From Octopus sinensis (lineage: Eukaryota), in NCBI RefSeq assembly GCF_006345805.1, contig NC_043017.1:19468001-19532000 (forward strand): DNA of 64,000 nucleotides, read 5' to 3'. The notes under the pieces are model-generated. The model saw only the letters and a list, made by a program, of their open reading frames with translations, had not been told where the DNA came from and did not search any database. A program made the position numbers and the translations under genes. Below, in pieces: positions 40,871 to 53,440 of the stretch. The stretch's first letter is position 1. Each line of letters begins with the position of its first letter.

Positions 40871-42417
40871 TTTATACCAAGACAAAACAATGTAACAAAT
40901 TATTTCCATGGAAATCCACCTTTTGGGGTCAATAAAGCATGTACCAGTTGAATACTGGGGTTGATGTAATCGGCTATTCTCTTCCCCTAACATTGTTGGC
41001 TGTGAGCCAAATTTTTAACTCATTATCATCATCATCATCATTATTATTATTATTATTATTATATTGATTGACGCTATGTAATCCACTTTGGTTTATTGGT
41101 TTGACAAAGTTATTTCACATCAGAGATTTATTAATGATTTTAGTAAAACGAAAAATGGTACAGGTCAGAAATGGAATACAAAACAAGAAACATTAGTAGA
41201 CAGAAAGGAAAAGAAAAAAATCGGTTAATAATGGAGTTTTATCTAATAAAAAAACCTGAAATGCCAAGTCATTTAATTAGAAACTTAAACAAAATTTTAT
41301 AGCTTAATTTTTTTTTCTACTACTACTACTACTAGTACTACTTGTTAACAAAAGAATTATTATATAAGATGTAATTGCTATTTTAATAGATTAGATATGT
41401 GTGTGTGTATGCATGTGTAAGTGTATGTATATATAAATATATACACACACAATCACACTGATATATATACATGTATGAATAAATGTGTGTGTGTGTGTGT
41501 GTGGTGGATAGCCTTTGATTTTTTTCTATCCAAATATTTTTAACCCAATATTTACATGCTAGTATTTATAGCTTTGTCTACTTCAAGATCCAATGTTCCA
41601 AAAAAGAATTATTATCTATTATATATGTATGTGTGTGTGTGCATATACATGTATATATATATGTTGTATATATATATATATATATAGATACATACACACA
41701 CATATGTATATACATATATATATATATATATAGCTCTCATCTGCTGCAGACAACAGATGAGAGTTCTGCAACATCTTGAACAACCCGGGTAGATGACTTG
41801 TTTATAATGGCCAAATGTTTTTGTTTACATTCACTCTTTCTCTCCATCAAATCGACATTGCTTGTACAGGTGCACTCACACGAACACACACACACACACA
41901 CCACACACACACATTAAGGTTAGGTTAACAATTTAAAAAAAAAAAAAACAGATTTAAAAATAATTTGGAACGAAAGGAGTATGTGGCGGGGGCGAGAAGG
42001 GAAAAGGAAGTTGCGTCAGAATTTGAGGATCTTTAAAATTTCCTTTTAAATGCATAAACTAAACAAGAGCCAAACTTTTTACTATGGTGTGTTTATGTTT
42101 TCTAGCGAAAGAGTTTATATGGTGAACGAAATAAAAAAACGACTGAAGACAGATGCTTTCCTTTGTGGCTAAACCTTCATTGATTATTTTTTAAGCTCTA
42201 CTTAAAACGAAAAGGGAGGATCGAGAGGGAGGTGCTGCACTCCCCACAGAAAATTTGTTGAAGGTAGGTGAATGTGGCAAGGTTCGCTCGAGTGACTTAG
42301 CATGCCAGACAAAATGCTTAATGACATATCTTCTGTCTTTATGATCTGAGTTCAAATTCCTCTGAGGTCAACCTTGCCTTCCAATCGCAGGGGGCAGGGA
42401 GCAGTAAAAGAAGTACC

Positions 42418-42654
42418 ACATTATTTACATTTGACGGATATTTGTCCTCATCTTGTTTGTTGCCAACACAATGCTTCAGCTGATATACCCCCCAGCCTTC
42501 ATCAGGTGTCTTGGGGAAATTTCGAACCTGGGTTCTCATTCATAAGGTACTTTTTGTTGTTGTTATTATTATTATTATTCAAATCACTGCTTGGAATTGA
42601 ACTCGGAATCTTGGGGTTAGTAGTCCGCGCTCTTAACCACTACGCCATATGCCC
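42418..42654 (-). mobile_element. tRNA-headed SINE carrying a minimal type-I hammerhead-ribozyme motif
   Basis: A box TGGCGTAGTGG (42647-42637), B box GAGTTCAATTCC (42604-42593), (AAT)n/(AAC)n spacer, then gacac-CTGATGA-a-ggctg...cagct-GAAGC-att-gtgtt (42510-42465). Confidence 0.7.
42465..42510 (-). ncRNA. Degenerate type-I hammerhead ribozyme motif
   Basis: Core CUGAUGA; stem II GGCUG/CAGCU; stem I GACAC/GUGUU; GAAAC mutated to GAAGC in this copy but intact in the neighbouring inverted copy. Confidence 0.6.
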
Positions 42655-42655
42655 G

Positions 42656-42830
42656 ATTCCAAGCAGTGACCTGAATAATAATGATAATAATAATAACAAT
42701 AACATTGAAAAAATACTTTAGGAATGAGAACCCAGGTTCGAAAATTCCCCCCAGACACCTGATGAAGGTAGAGGGTATATCAGCCGAAACATAATTCCTC
42801 ATCTTTTAAATATAGAACTGTAAAATAAGT
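42656..42830 (+). mobile_element. Second, 5'-truncated inverted copy of the hammerhead-bearing SINE
   Basis: 42656-42791 is the reverse complement of 42470-42597; contains gacacCTGATGAaggtagagggtatatcagccGAAAC. Confidence 0.75.
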
Positions 42831-43500
42831 ACCAGTTAAGCATCAGGGTTGATATAATCAACCAGGCCCCTTCCCCCCAAATTTCAGGCCTTGTGCCCAT
42901 AGTTGAAGGAATTATTATTAATTTATTGTCATCAAGGCTGGGTAAGGTGTTTAACTGCATTTTGGCTGTCTGCACGTTCTTAGTTCAAATTCTGCCATGG
43001 TTGACTTTGCTTTTCCTCCTTCCAGGGTCAATAAACTGAGTACCAGTTGAATATTGGGATCAAAGTAATCTATTAGTTTCCTTCTCTTCCAAGGTTTCAA
43101 GCCTACATTGTGCCAATGTTAGAAAGGATTTCGGCTGTCACTATTTTCTGAGTTCAAATTCCAGTGAGGTCGACTTTGACTTTCATTCTTTCAAGTACTG
43201 GGGCCAATGTAATTTACTGTCCCCCTTCCCCAAATTTCAGGCCTTGTACCTTTAATAGAAAGGATTATTATTATTATTATTATTAAGGTGGTGAGCTGGC
43301 AGAATCTGGGTGAAATGTTTAGTGGTATTTCGCACGTCGCTATGTTCTGAGTTCAAATTTTACCAAGGTGGACTTTGCCTTTCATCCTTTCGGGATCAAT
43401 AAATTAAGTACCAATGAAATTCTGGGGTTGATGTAATTGACTAGCCCCCTCCCACAAAACTTAGGGCCTTGTGCCTATAACAGAAAGGATTATTATTATT
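42820..43500 (+). mobile_element. Tandem run of about four decayed family B-variant SINEs
   Basis: Recurrent ...ccccaaatttcaggccttgtgcc...gaaaggattatt tails ending near 42915, 43135, 43270 and 43495. Confidence 0.7.
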
Positions 43501-45508
43501 ATTACTATCCAAAATATTTCATTAAAATTTTTTAGCACCTTTCATAATAATAAAATTTTCTTTGTTTTTTGTTATTTTTTTAAATAACACTGCCCCAACT
43601 GAAATTATAAACTTTGACCAAATTCTACAATAAAAATGGCCAGAACAATAAAAATGTTACTGTAAAGCGAAATTAATTAATTTATTTAAATTTATGTTAA
43701 TATCGATTTGTTTTAATTAAATCTATGTCTTTTTTTAAAATTTTATATATTTCATTGGTTTATTTTCGCAAATAGTGAAGAAAATTCAATGGAAATTAAT
43801 ACAAAGTGCGGCAGAAAAAGCTCCCATATTTTACATGGCCATTGCTGTGGCGCTTTTGAAGTTAAGCAACCGGTAATGGTATCTTCGTGTAACTAATGTT
43901 TTACTATTTCTTTGAAAGTAATGAAAATGGTTTGGCGTTTGTGCATACTCTGTGTTTACTCTTCAAATGTTTATCGAGAATGGTGAATCTAGGAGGGTTT
44001 TTTTATTTTGCCACACCACGTAGCGATTGCTTTTTTGTTTCAAATGATTCCAAAGGACGACAGCAACAACAACAAAAACAATAACAGAAACTTAATCAAT
44101 GTTTGTTAGACATCGTTCTTTTAGTCAGCACAGCTGTGCTTGTAACTATGTTTGCTTTAAATGTTGTCAGCTAGCCTAATTTACATAAATGTGTGTGTGT
44201 GCGTGTGTGTGTGTTTAATTCGTTTTCACTATACGAGTGTTTATTTACCTCACTGTTTCTCTTACTGCTATTTATTTATATTTGTTTAAAAGAAAATACG
44301 TGAATCTGAAAATTTAGAATACATTTCAAATACCAACACAAGAAATAAAAAAACATTTTATAAAATCCAATCACCACACATGCACAATATATATATATAT
44401 ATCTTATATACACACATCAATCTATCTATCCATCTAATTGTGTATATATATATATATATATATATCAAAATATATATATATATATTTATATATATATATA
44501 GTTAGATGGATACAAACATACATAGATACAAAGATATGGATTTTTACAATGAAAGTTTGACATTCGCATCAAAGTTTTGAGATACCCATTTAATGGCTGC
44601 TGGCAAGCTGTAACTTCAAAGTCAATGTCAACCTTTCCCATGTAAAAGCATAATAAATATGACACTTAACTAAAAAGTATTGAGTGATCCTTCAGTTTAA
44701 TGTTAAACTGCTTTGTATGTAACATCACATGGAACAAACATTAATATATATTAACTGATGAAGGTCTTACATAAGGCAATATATTTCCTATTATATATTA
44801 CATAAAAGACCTGAAAGGTACATATTAAATACTTTTAAAATATCATTATTTGGTTTGATTTCATTATTACAAATATATATATATATATATGTAGACACAT
44901 GTTATACATACACATACAGACACACATACATATAGCCAAGAGCATATTTTATGTTTACTCTCTTACTTATTTCAGCCACTGGACTATGGCCATGCTGGGG
45001 CATTGCCTCGACTATTTAATTAAATCAATCCTGGGACATATTTTAAGTTTGCTACTTATTATACTGCCAAACCACTAAGTTGCAGGGACATGAGCAAAAC
45101 AAAACCCACTGGCTCGCTAGGGACGATAGTAAAAAACACTCAAGGTACCACACAATGGGACTGATCCGAAACTACGTGGTTGCAAGGTGAGCTTCTTAAA
45201 CACATAGCCACCTGTCAGTTGTATGGGATAATAATTGGGCAACAATGTACCCTACTTTTGCTAAATGTTTTAGATGCCTATGTAGCTGCTAGCAGGCATG
45301 GACATCTCAATTCACCTGTCCTTGATTCAGCAGAAAATTGAGGCTATTGATAGTTAGGGGAGGAGACAGGACACTACCAATACATGGTTATTACTGATTT
45401 TCAGCTGATAGAAGTAATAACCTGACCCTGGAGGGGGACCCACAATCTGATGATCAAGAACCCAACTGCCCAAACCAGAACGCCACGTGCCTAGTGTGTG
45501 TACGTATA

Positions 45509-45539
<31 letters not shown>

Positions 45540-45637
45540 GTATATATATATATAAGTATATATATATATATAAAATGTATGCACATACAAATATATATAT
45601 ATATACACACACACATGTATTTATGTGTGTGTATGTG

Positions 45638-45705
<68 letters not shown>

Positions 45706-46332
45706 TGAATAGATGTAGATATTTTATGCACCCTCACACGTGTGTTCACCTGTACAGAAATTCAGGTAATAAAAACAAAAGCAACCAAACTCTCTTGCTT
45801 TCCTAAAATGTTTTCCACATAAAATATAAAAAGAAAAGGAAAACAACAAAAACCAAAATCAAATCAAATCAAAACTTTTAACGAAGAAATAACAAAATTA
45901 ACACAAAAAAAAATTTCTAATGATAAAAAATAACAACAAACAATGATTTAACGACAACACACAAACACAGACATATATTAACTTAATGAGAATTTTGGTG
46001 AAAAACTTTAAAGTTTGAGAGAAATGGTGAGGTTGTTTGTGTATTTTATGTTTTATTTGATCATACATACTTACTGGCACCTTCGCCAAGTGTCTGCTAC
46101 TATAGCCAATGATTTGTGAATGAAAGCTGAAAGAAGCCTGTTGTATATGTGTGTGTGTGTATGGCCAAGTGGATAGGGTGTTGAACTAATGAGCTTAAGA
46201 TTGTGGTTTCAATTGCTGGATTGGGTGATGCATTATATTCTTGAGCAAAACACTTCATTTCATGTTGCTCCAGTCCACTCAGATGGCATAAAAATGAGTA
46301 ACGCTGCAACAGACTGGCTTTCAGTTCAGAGG

Positions 46333-46377
<45 letters not shown>

Positions 46378-47199
46378 ATGGAAACCAGGAAACCAGCCCT
46401 TATGAGTCAATAGGGCTTGAGAAGGATGCTCAATCTTTTGATTTATATATGTGGATGTGTGTGTGGATGTGCATCCTTGACTTGACAGCATATTATTGTT
46501 GTAAATGACTATCACTGTCATACAAGCAGTGCCCGTTATTTCTGATCTTCCATAGAAACATATCTGGCCATGGAGAAACATGAGGGTTGGTGATAGGAAG
46601 GACATCTGGTTATAGAAAAATCTTATCCTCTGACCCATGCAGGCACGGAAAAGTGAATGTTGAAACGAAGATGATGATGATGATGATGAATCTAGCCAAC
46701 AAACCTAACAATTGTTAATTAACTGTCTGCCTTCACAGAAGAAGATTATTATAAACGAGCAGGTTGCTAATTTGTCTGAAAAATTAGGTTTCATTCATTC
46801 CTTCACTGTTCAGTGGTCAGCAGTGGAAAAATGGCATCGGAAACAACAAAAGCCAATAATCACTACGACAGATAAATCAGCATTTTCTTCACCAAGTTTT
46901 TTAACTCCTCCATCAGACGACTACACACTGTTTTGCAGATAAATGGAAAAAAGTTCTTTGCAATTTTTACCAAAGAAATGTCAGTGGTGGCAGTGGAATC
47001 ATCATCATCATCATCATCATCATTTTCATGTTCACTTTTACATGCTTGAATGAGTCGATGGAATTCGTTCAGGCAGATTGTTTTATGGCCATGTGCCCTT
47101 CCTGTTGCCAGCTCTCACCTGGTTCCAGCTGTTGTGTGATGTCAAGTCAAGTAGACACATACACCAATACACAAATATACTTATACACACATATATATA

Positions 47200-47398
47200 T
47201 ATTCTTTTATTTGTTTCAGTCATTTCACTACGGCCATGCTGGGGTATTGTCTGTTTAGTCGAAGAAGTTGACCCCCAGGACTTATTCTTTGTAAGCTTAG
47301 TACTTATTCTATCAGTCTCTTTCGCTAAATCGCTAAGTTATAGGAATGTAAACACACCAACATCAGTTTTCAAGTGATGCTGGGAGGGACAAACATTA

Positions 47399-47435
<37 letters not shown>

Positions 47436-47830
47436 CGATGGGCTCCTTTCAGTTTTCATCTACCAAATCCACTCACAAGGGTTTGGTTGGCCCGAGGCTA
47501 TAGTAGAAGACACTTGCCTAAGGTGCCATGCAATGGGACTGAACCTGGAACAATGTGGTTGGGAAGCAAGCTACTGATCACACAGCCACTCCTACACCTA
47601 TATATATATATGTGTGTGTATAAAAACACTCACACACATATATTTATGTATATGTATATACACGAACATATATAATATGGGCTTCTTTCAGTTTTCTTCG
47701 ATCAAATCTACTTACAAGGCTTTGGTCAGTTTGGGGCTATAGTAGAAGACACTTGCTCAAGGTGTGCCATGCAGTGTGACTGAACCTGGAACTATGTGGT
47801 TGAGAAGCAAACTTCTTACCACACAGCCAT
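47200..47830 (-). mobile_element. SINE family C plus adjacent partial copy
   Basis: Full copy about 47200-47598; 5' half again at about 47670-47830. Confidence 0.8.
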
Positions 47831-48278
47831 CTGAAGAAATAACGTATGTGGTGGGGGGAGGGGTGCAGAAGGTCTATTGATAAAAGAAAAAAACTCCCAA
47901 ACTAGATGTGGATGTTAGACAGGGTGGTGTGCTTGGCCCATTGTCAAAAAAAAAAAGGGACAATATAAATGTGGGTGCAAACAGGAGGGGATGGGGGATA
48001 ATTGAAAATTCTGGAACTACTTAATTTTTTTTGTAATTTATTTATTCGTTATTATACATATTAAGGTTTTGTTTTTGCTTTCCCCTTGCCTGTTTCTTGA
48101 TTCTAATAAGACAAATTGATTTTGTAGCACTTCTTTTGACCATCCAGAACTAATTACTGAACAAGTAGCTTTTGCTTTTAAGAAATTGATTGCCAAAGTA
48201 AACACATTTATAACTTCCAAATTGGCGACTGAGTAGAGTGAATGTATAAAGTGAGGTGTGTGTGTGCGCGTAGGAGGG

Positions 48279-48605
48279 GGTAGTTGCATCTAGGCTGTGG
48301 GGGTATGCATGTGTGTGTATATTTGTAACAGTTGCATATATGTATGTTTGCGTTTGTGTGGAGTTGTGTCTATACATATGAGATTATGCATGCGTGTCCG
48401 TGCATGTTTGCAATAATTGTGTGTGTATGCATGGGGTTGGTTGCATCTAGGCTGTGGGGGTATGCATGTGTGTGTGTATGTTTGTAATAGTTGCATATAT
48501 GTATGTGTGTGTTTGTGTGCATGTTTGTGTGTGTGGGGAGTTGTGTCTATACATATGAGTGTATGCATGCATGTCCGTGCATGTTTGCAATAATTGTGTG
48601 TGTGC
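48279..48605. repeat. About 155-170-bp tandem duplication in TG-rich sequence
   Basis: gttgcatctaggctgtgggggtatgcat...gtttgcaataattgtgtg occurs twice. Confidence 0.85.
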
Positions 48606-49229
48606 GTGTGTGTGTGTGCCTGCATGTTTGTCTGTGTGTGGAGACTTGCCCCCACACTTGTGCGAGCATGAATGTATGTGTGCATATGCTCGCAGTAGTG
48701 TGCATGCGAGTGCATCTGTGTCTGTGTAAGAATGCATGTGGGGAGGGAGGAGGTAGTGCCAAGCAGACGTGGGTGTGTCTGTGAAAATGTGAGAACGTGC
48801 AGTATGACCGTGTGTATGTGCATGTCCACGTGTATGCAAGTGTGTGTGTGTGTGTTTGTGTGTGTCTATGTGACTGTGTGTCAGTATGCGTGTGTCTGTG
48901 AACTTTTTTGTGTGTATAAATGTGTGTCTATTCTTATATGTAATCTCAGTTATTGGACTGCGGCCATGATGGAGCATCTACATGAAAAGGTATAAACACA
49001 TGCCCAGCAAAAGTGTTTTCCAAGTTTCCCAGTATAAAACCTGTCGTTATTCTCTGAAATTTTCAGGCATAAAATAAGACCCCATTACCATTTGTTCAAT
49101 TTATATTCGTAGAACATTCATTTCTCTAATTAAATTCTATAATTGCCTCATATATCAGAGCACTTTAAATAATTTGATAAATGATCTCTTGCTCTTAATA
49201 CAGATACGAGCCTTCCTTAAAGCTATCAG

Positions 49230-49425
49230 TTCAGTGTCACTCACTTAAATCTAACAGGTCAGTGTCACTCGCTTAAAATTAACAAGTCAGTGTCACTTCC
49301 TTAAATCTAATAGGCCAGTGTCACTCTCTTAAATCTAATAGGCCAGTACCACTCTCTTAAAACTAAGAGGTCAGTGTCACTCTTTTAAAACTAACAGTTC
49401 ACTTTCATTCTCTTATAACTAAGAG
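49230..49425. repeat. 28-bp minisatellite, about 7 copies
   Basis: Unit gtcagtgtcactctcttaaatctaacag in tandem, no spacers. Confidence 0.9.
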
Positions 49426-50857
49426 ATCACAGTCTGTCTAAAAACTCACTAGAGTATGGAATTGTGTTAAAGACAATGTGTCACTTTCTCAAATCTAACC
49501 AGTTTCTTACTGCTCTTGTGGGATATTTGGAGACCATTTCACTAAAAACAAAGAAAAAAAAAAGACAACAAAAAGCATGCCAATTACTATCTTCTGACAT
49601 CACCACTGGATTAGTGACTATGTTTTCAAGGGCAACATTGAATTACTTTTTTAACCATTTCCATACAAACATAACAATGAAACCAACCTTTGCTAACCCT
49701 TTTGGCACTAACCTACCTGAGACCACCCTCAGCTCTATGATACAAATGTCATGTTCTAAACATCAGCATAATACTGTCAAAGTTATTCTAATAAATTATT
49801 TATTATCTTAAAACTTAATTGGAACCAAGACATTGTATTTCAACAGAAATACTATGACAACAATGTCAAATCTGATCTAGAAAGAAACGCTTATCACAGC
49901 TCTATTACCAATTTATATTTACCTGTTATCTCTTTTGATTACAATTTAAAACCACCCCTGGTTCTATGACACAAACTCTGTGCTTTAAAATGATTGAAAT
50001 TAAAACCCTCTTTGAAATCTAATGTTAATTTATATTCTACCATGGTTGACTTTGCCTTTTGGAGTACCAGTCAAACACCAAGGTCAATGTAATCAATGAC
50101 CCTTTCCCCAGAAAATGCTGGCCTTATGCCAAAATCTGAAATCAGTTTATGTTCCAAAGTTGTTTTACTAAATTCTTCATCATCATCATATCAAAATCAA
50201 TGGAAATAAAAGTATCTCAGCAGAAATAGGGTAACAAAAGTTGAGTGGATCCTTTTCTGCCTTTTACAGAATGGCAAACGTTTGGCTCAGACCTTCTGGT
50301 TCCCTGCCTGCCATTTATCTAACTCCTTTGATGCCAACCCACCTGAGACTACTTCTGGTTCGATGATACAAATATGTTTTAACCTTTTAGCATTCAGATT
50401 TCTCTGTCAAATGTAATGCTCACTTATTCACACTGTTTTGAATTAATCATGTATTATCTTTTAGCTTCAAAATTTTGATGATGTGATTGGATAGTTTTAG
50501 AATGAAATTATAGGGAAGATGGCCACATCTGGTCAGTTTGAATGCTAAAAGGTGAAAATGATCTAAATTCCATTAAAATTCCATGTTAAATTTTGTTCCA
50601 AACACCAGCTTAATGAGAAAATTAAGTTACTGAATTTTTCATTATTTTCAATTTGGATTTAGTTTAGATTCAGGAACATTGTTATGTTCTTAAATCTAAA
50701 CTCAAATATCATACAAGAATCTTATTATTAGATGATAAAAGCTATCAAAGTTCCTGAGATATACTTTTGCCCTTATTCTTGCATCTATCCAAGTGCAAAG
50801 CAACCCTCACCATATCTGGGGACAGAAATACGCTTCATCCTCTTTAAGAATCTGTAG

Positions 50858-51061
50858 CAGTGGTCCTCAACGGGGTTCATATGACCCATGGGGTCTGCAT
50901 AAGATTTTATTGCGAAAATTTATGCACAATAAACTTGTTCTATTGCTACAAAGCACAAAATAATTTTAACAATTTTTAAAACACAGAATGGCTATGAGGG
51001 TCCAACTGAGCACATCAAGAATCAAAGGGGTCCATCAACATAAAACAGTTGAGAACCACTG
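50858..51061. mobile_element. hAT (Charlie/MER5-like) MITE
   Basis: TIR CAGTGGTCCTCAAC / GTTGAGAACCACTG; 8-bp TSD atctgtag/atctagag (6 of 8). Related termini at 30249 and 31092. Confidence 0.75.
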
Positions 51062-51631
51062 ATCTAGAGGGAGACAGCCTCAGAATTTTGACTTTGATGC
51101 TTATATTTAACTCACCTATAAATCTTAGAAACTTTCATTATTTTAAAATTGAAATGGTAAATCTGTTAGAAATAGGGTTAAAGTTCACAGGTTGGTCTCT
51201 ATCTTAAAGATAGAAGGTTAGTACGAATTTATATCTTCATTTTTATGTTTAGTCAGTCAGTGGGAGAGAACTGATGAGATTTGATGTGGTTGATGTTTAG
51301 TAACCTCTCTTTTAGCAGAAAGAAACAGATTAGTTATAATGTAAAAAAAAAAAATTAAAATTCATAAATTGAAAATTAAATTAAAAATCAATCAATTAAT
51401 TAGTTAACGAAAAGAATAAACAACCTACTAGGGGCAAATGCAACGAAACAAGATAAAACAAAGACCAAAAAATAAAACCCAGAAAAATCTGCCGTCTAAA
51501 ATAAAAAAAGAAAACAACAAACACAAACAAGCAAACAAACAAAAATAAAGGGAAAATAATTATAATAATTAGTTTAATTGAAGGGGATAAGGTGAGACAG
51601 GTGGGGAGGGTGGGTTTAATTATCAACTGAC

Positions 51632-51715
51632 CTTCTGCTCTGCACTAGCAGTTAATTGCTGAAGTCTATTTGTCATATTTGACAAACTTTGCTCGAAAGC
51701 AGCCACCACATGGGC
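51632..51715 (-). CDS. NAV2: Neuron navigator (NAV/unc-53/sickie) coding exon, AHVVAAFEQSLSNMTNRLQQLTASAEQK
   Basis: Manual translation; tttacag acceptor and gtcagt donor; 84 nt, phase 0-0; matches the remembered vertebrate NAV2 motif NAHLVAAFEQSLGNMTIRLQSLTMTAEQK. Symbol denotes the family homologue, not resolved orthology. Confidence 0.95.
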
Positions 51716-53112
51716 CTGTAAATATTAAAGAAAGAATATTTATTATTATTATTATTATTACTACTACTACTACTATTACTAGTACAGCTCTACACATGAA
51801 CTTACTTTTAATTTAAGATAAACATAAACAAAACAGAAAAAATAAAACAACAACAAAAACATTTAATTCGTTAACGATAATTTCAATTAATAACGGACAG
51901 GTCTGAAATGATAATGAAAATAAAATTCAGATTAATTAAAAATAGAAGTTGGTTCCTTCCAGTTTCTGTCTCCCAAATCTTCTCACAAGACTTTGGGCAA
52001 CTAGAGCTATAATAGAAGATACTCAACTAAGGTGCCATGCAGTGGAACTGAACTCAAGACCATGTTGTTGGGAAGCTTCTTCATCATACAGCCAGAATAT
52101 CTATGTAGAGGATTTCCTGAGGCATAAGATACATTTCAAGAGTTCCCAAAATGGGAAAAGTTAGAGTAGATCTTTCTATAGTCAAAGACATTCCAAAATA
52201 AGACTATCATGACTTCTTCCCAGACACACATATCTAGGACTACACTACTCAATGTGTTCTTGCTTCTTATTTTTTTAATTTGTAGGAGAATAGTAAGTGA
52301 GAAAAAGGAGATTTGACTGCTATTTCTAGCAGACCACACAGAAAGGTTCCCTTAAAACAGAATTTGAACACAGAATAAGGTAGTAAATAACTGAAGCCTC
52401 TACTGCACTCTACAGACCACTTTTGAAATTGAAAAAAGGGGCTGCAGAGGGGACGAAAACAGACAGAAGCTCCCTTTTATTCAGGGGAAAACAACAAAAC
52501 AAAAAGAAAAAAGTAGGGAATTGAAAGCTGTCAATGCCTGTGTGTGTGTGTGTGTGTGTATGTGTGTATCTGTTGTATGTGTGAGTTGTAAATATATATG
52601 TGTGTTTGCATTTGTATGTGTGCCTGTATGTATGTGTACTAGCCTGTGCTTATGTGTGTGTGTGTGTGTGCATGTTGTGGATATATATGTATGTATTTGT
52701 GCTTGTGTGTGAGATAGAGTGTTTTTCTGTGTATATGCTGTATGTGTGTGGGCAGGGTTAATCAATGAAGCATTTTATGATAATGACCCCTTCCCCCCCA
52801 CACACACATGATCCTACCACCATGACCATCTACTTAACTCATCCCCACCCCACTCCTCCTAAATTCTACTGCTGCCAGTAGCCATCCACCCTTCAACTCC
52901 CCAAAAAAGGTCAGGTCAGGTCAGGTCACTGAGCTGAAACAACCCAACTGTGATTAAAAACCCATCTGGCTAAAATTCTGCAGCTGACCAAACTGCTGGA
53001 CATCACAACATAACCACACTTCACATCACCACCACCACCACCACCACCAACTGCTGCTGCTGTTAATAAACCCAGTGAGGGTGAGTAGTGCCAAGTGTGA
53101 GGTTTTTTTTAT

Positions 53113-53440
53113 TCTTTTACTTGTTTCAGTAATCTGACCGTGGCCATGCTGGAGCACCACCTTTAGTTGGACAAATTGACCCTAGGACTTATTCTTAGTA
53201 AGCCTAGTACTTATTCTTATTCTATCGGTCTTTTTAACCAAACTGCTAAGTTACGGGGATGTAAACACACCAACATTGATTATCAAGCGATGGTAGGGTG
53301 ACAAACACACACACATATACGACGGGCTTCTTTCAGTTTCCGTCTACCAAATCCACCCACAAAGCTTTGGTCAGCACAAGGTTATAGTAGAAGACACTTG
53401 CCTGAGGTGCCATGCAGTGGGACTGAACCCAGAACCGTGT
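53113..53440 (-). mobile_element. SINE family C, head-truncated
   Basis: Matches the family C body and tail. Confidence 0.8.

Noticed and set aside
49230-49425. Possible CRISPR array
   Set aside because: Units are contiguous with no unique spacers, there are no cas genes, and the context is a eukaryotic intron.
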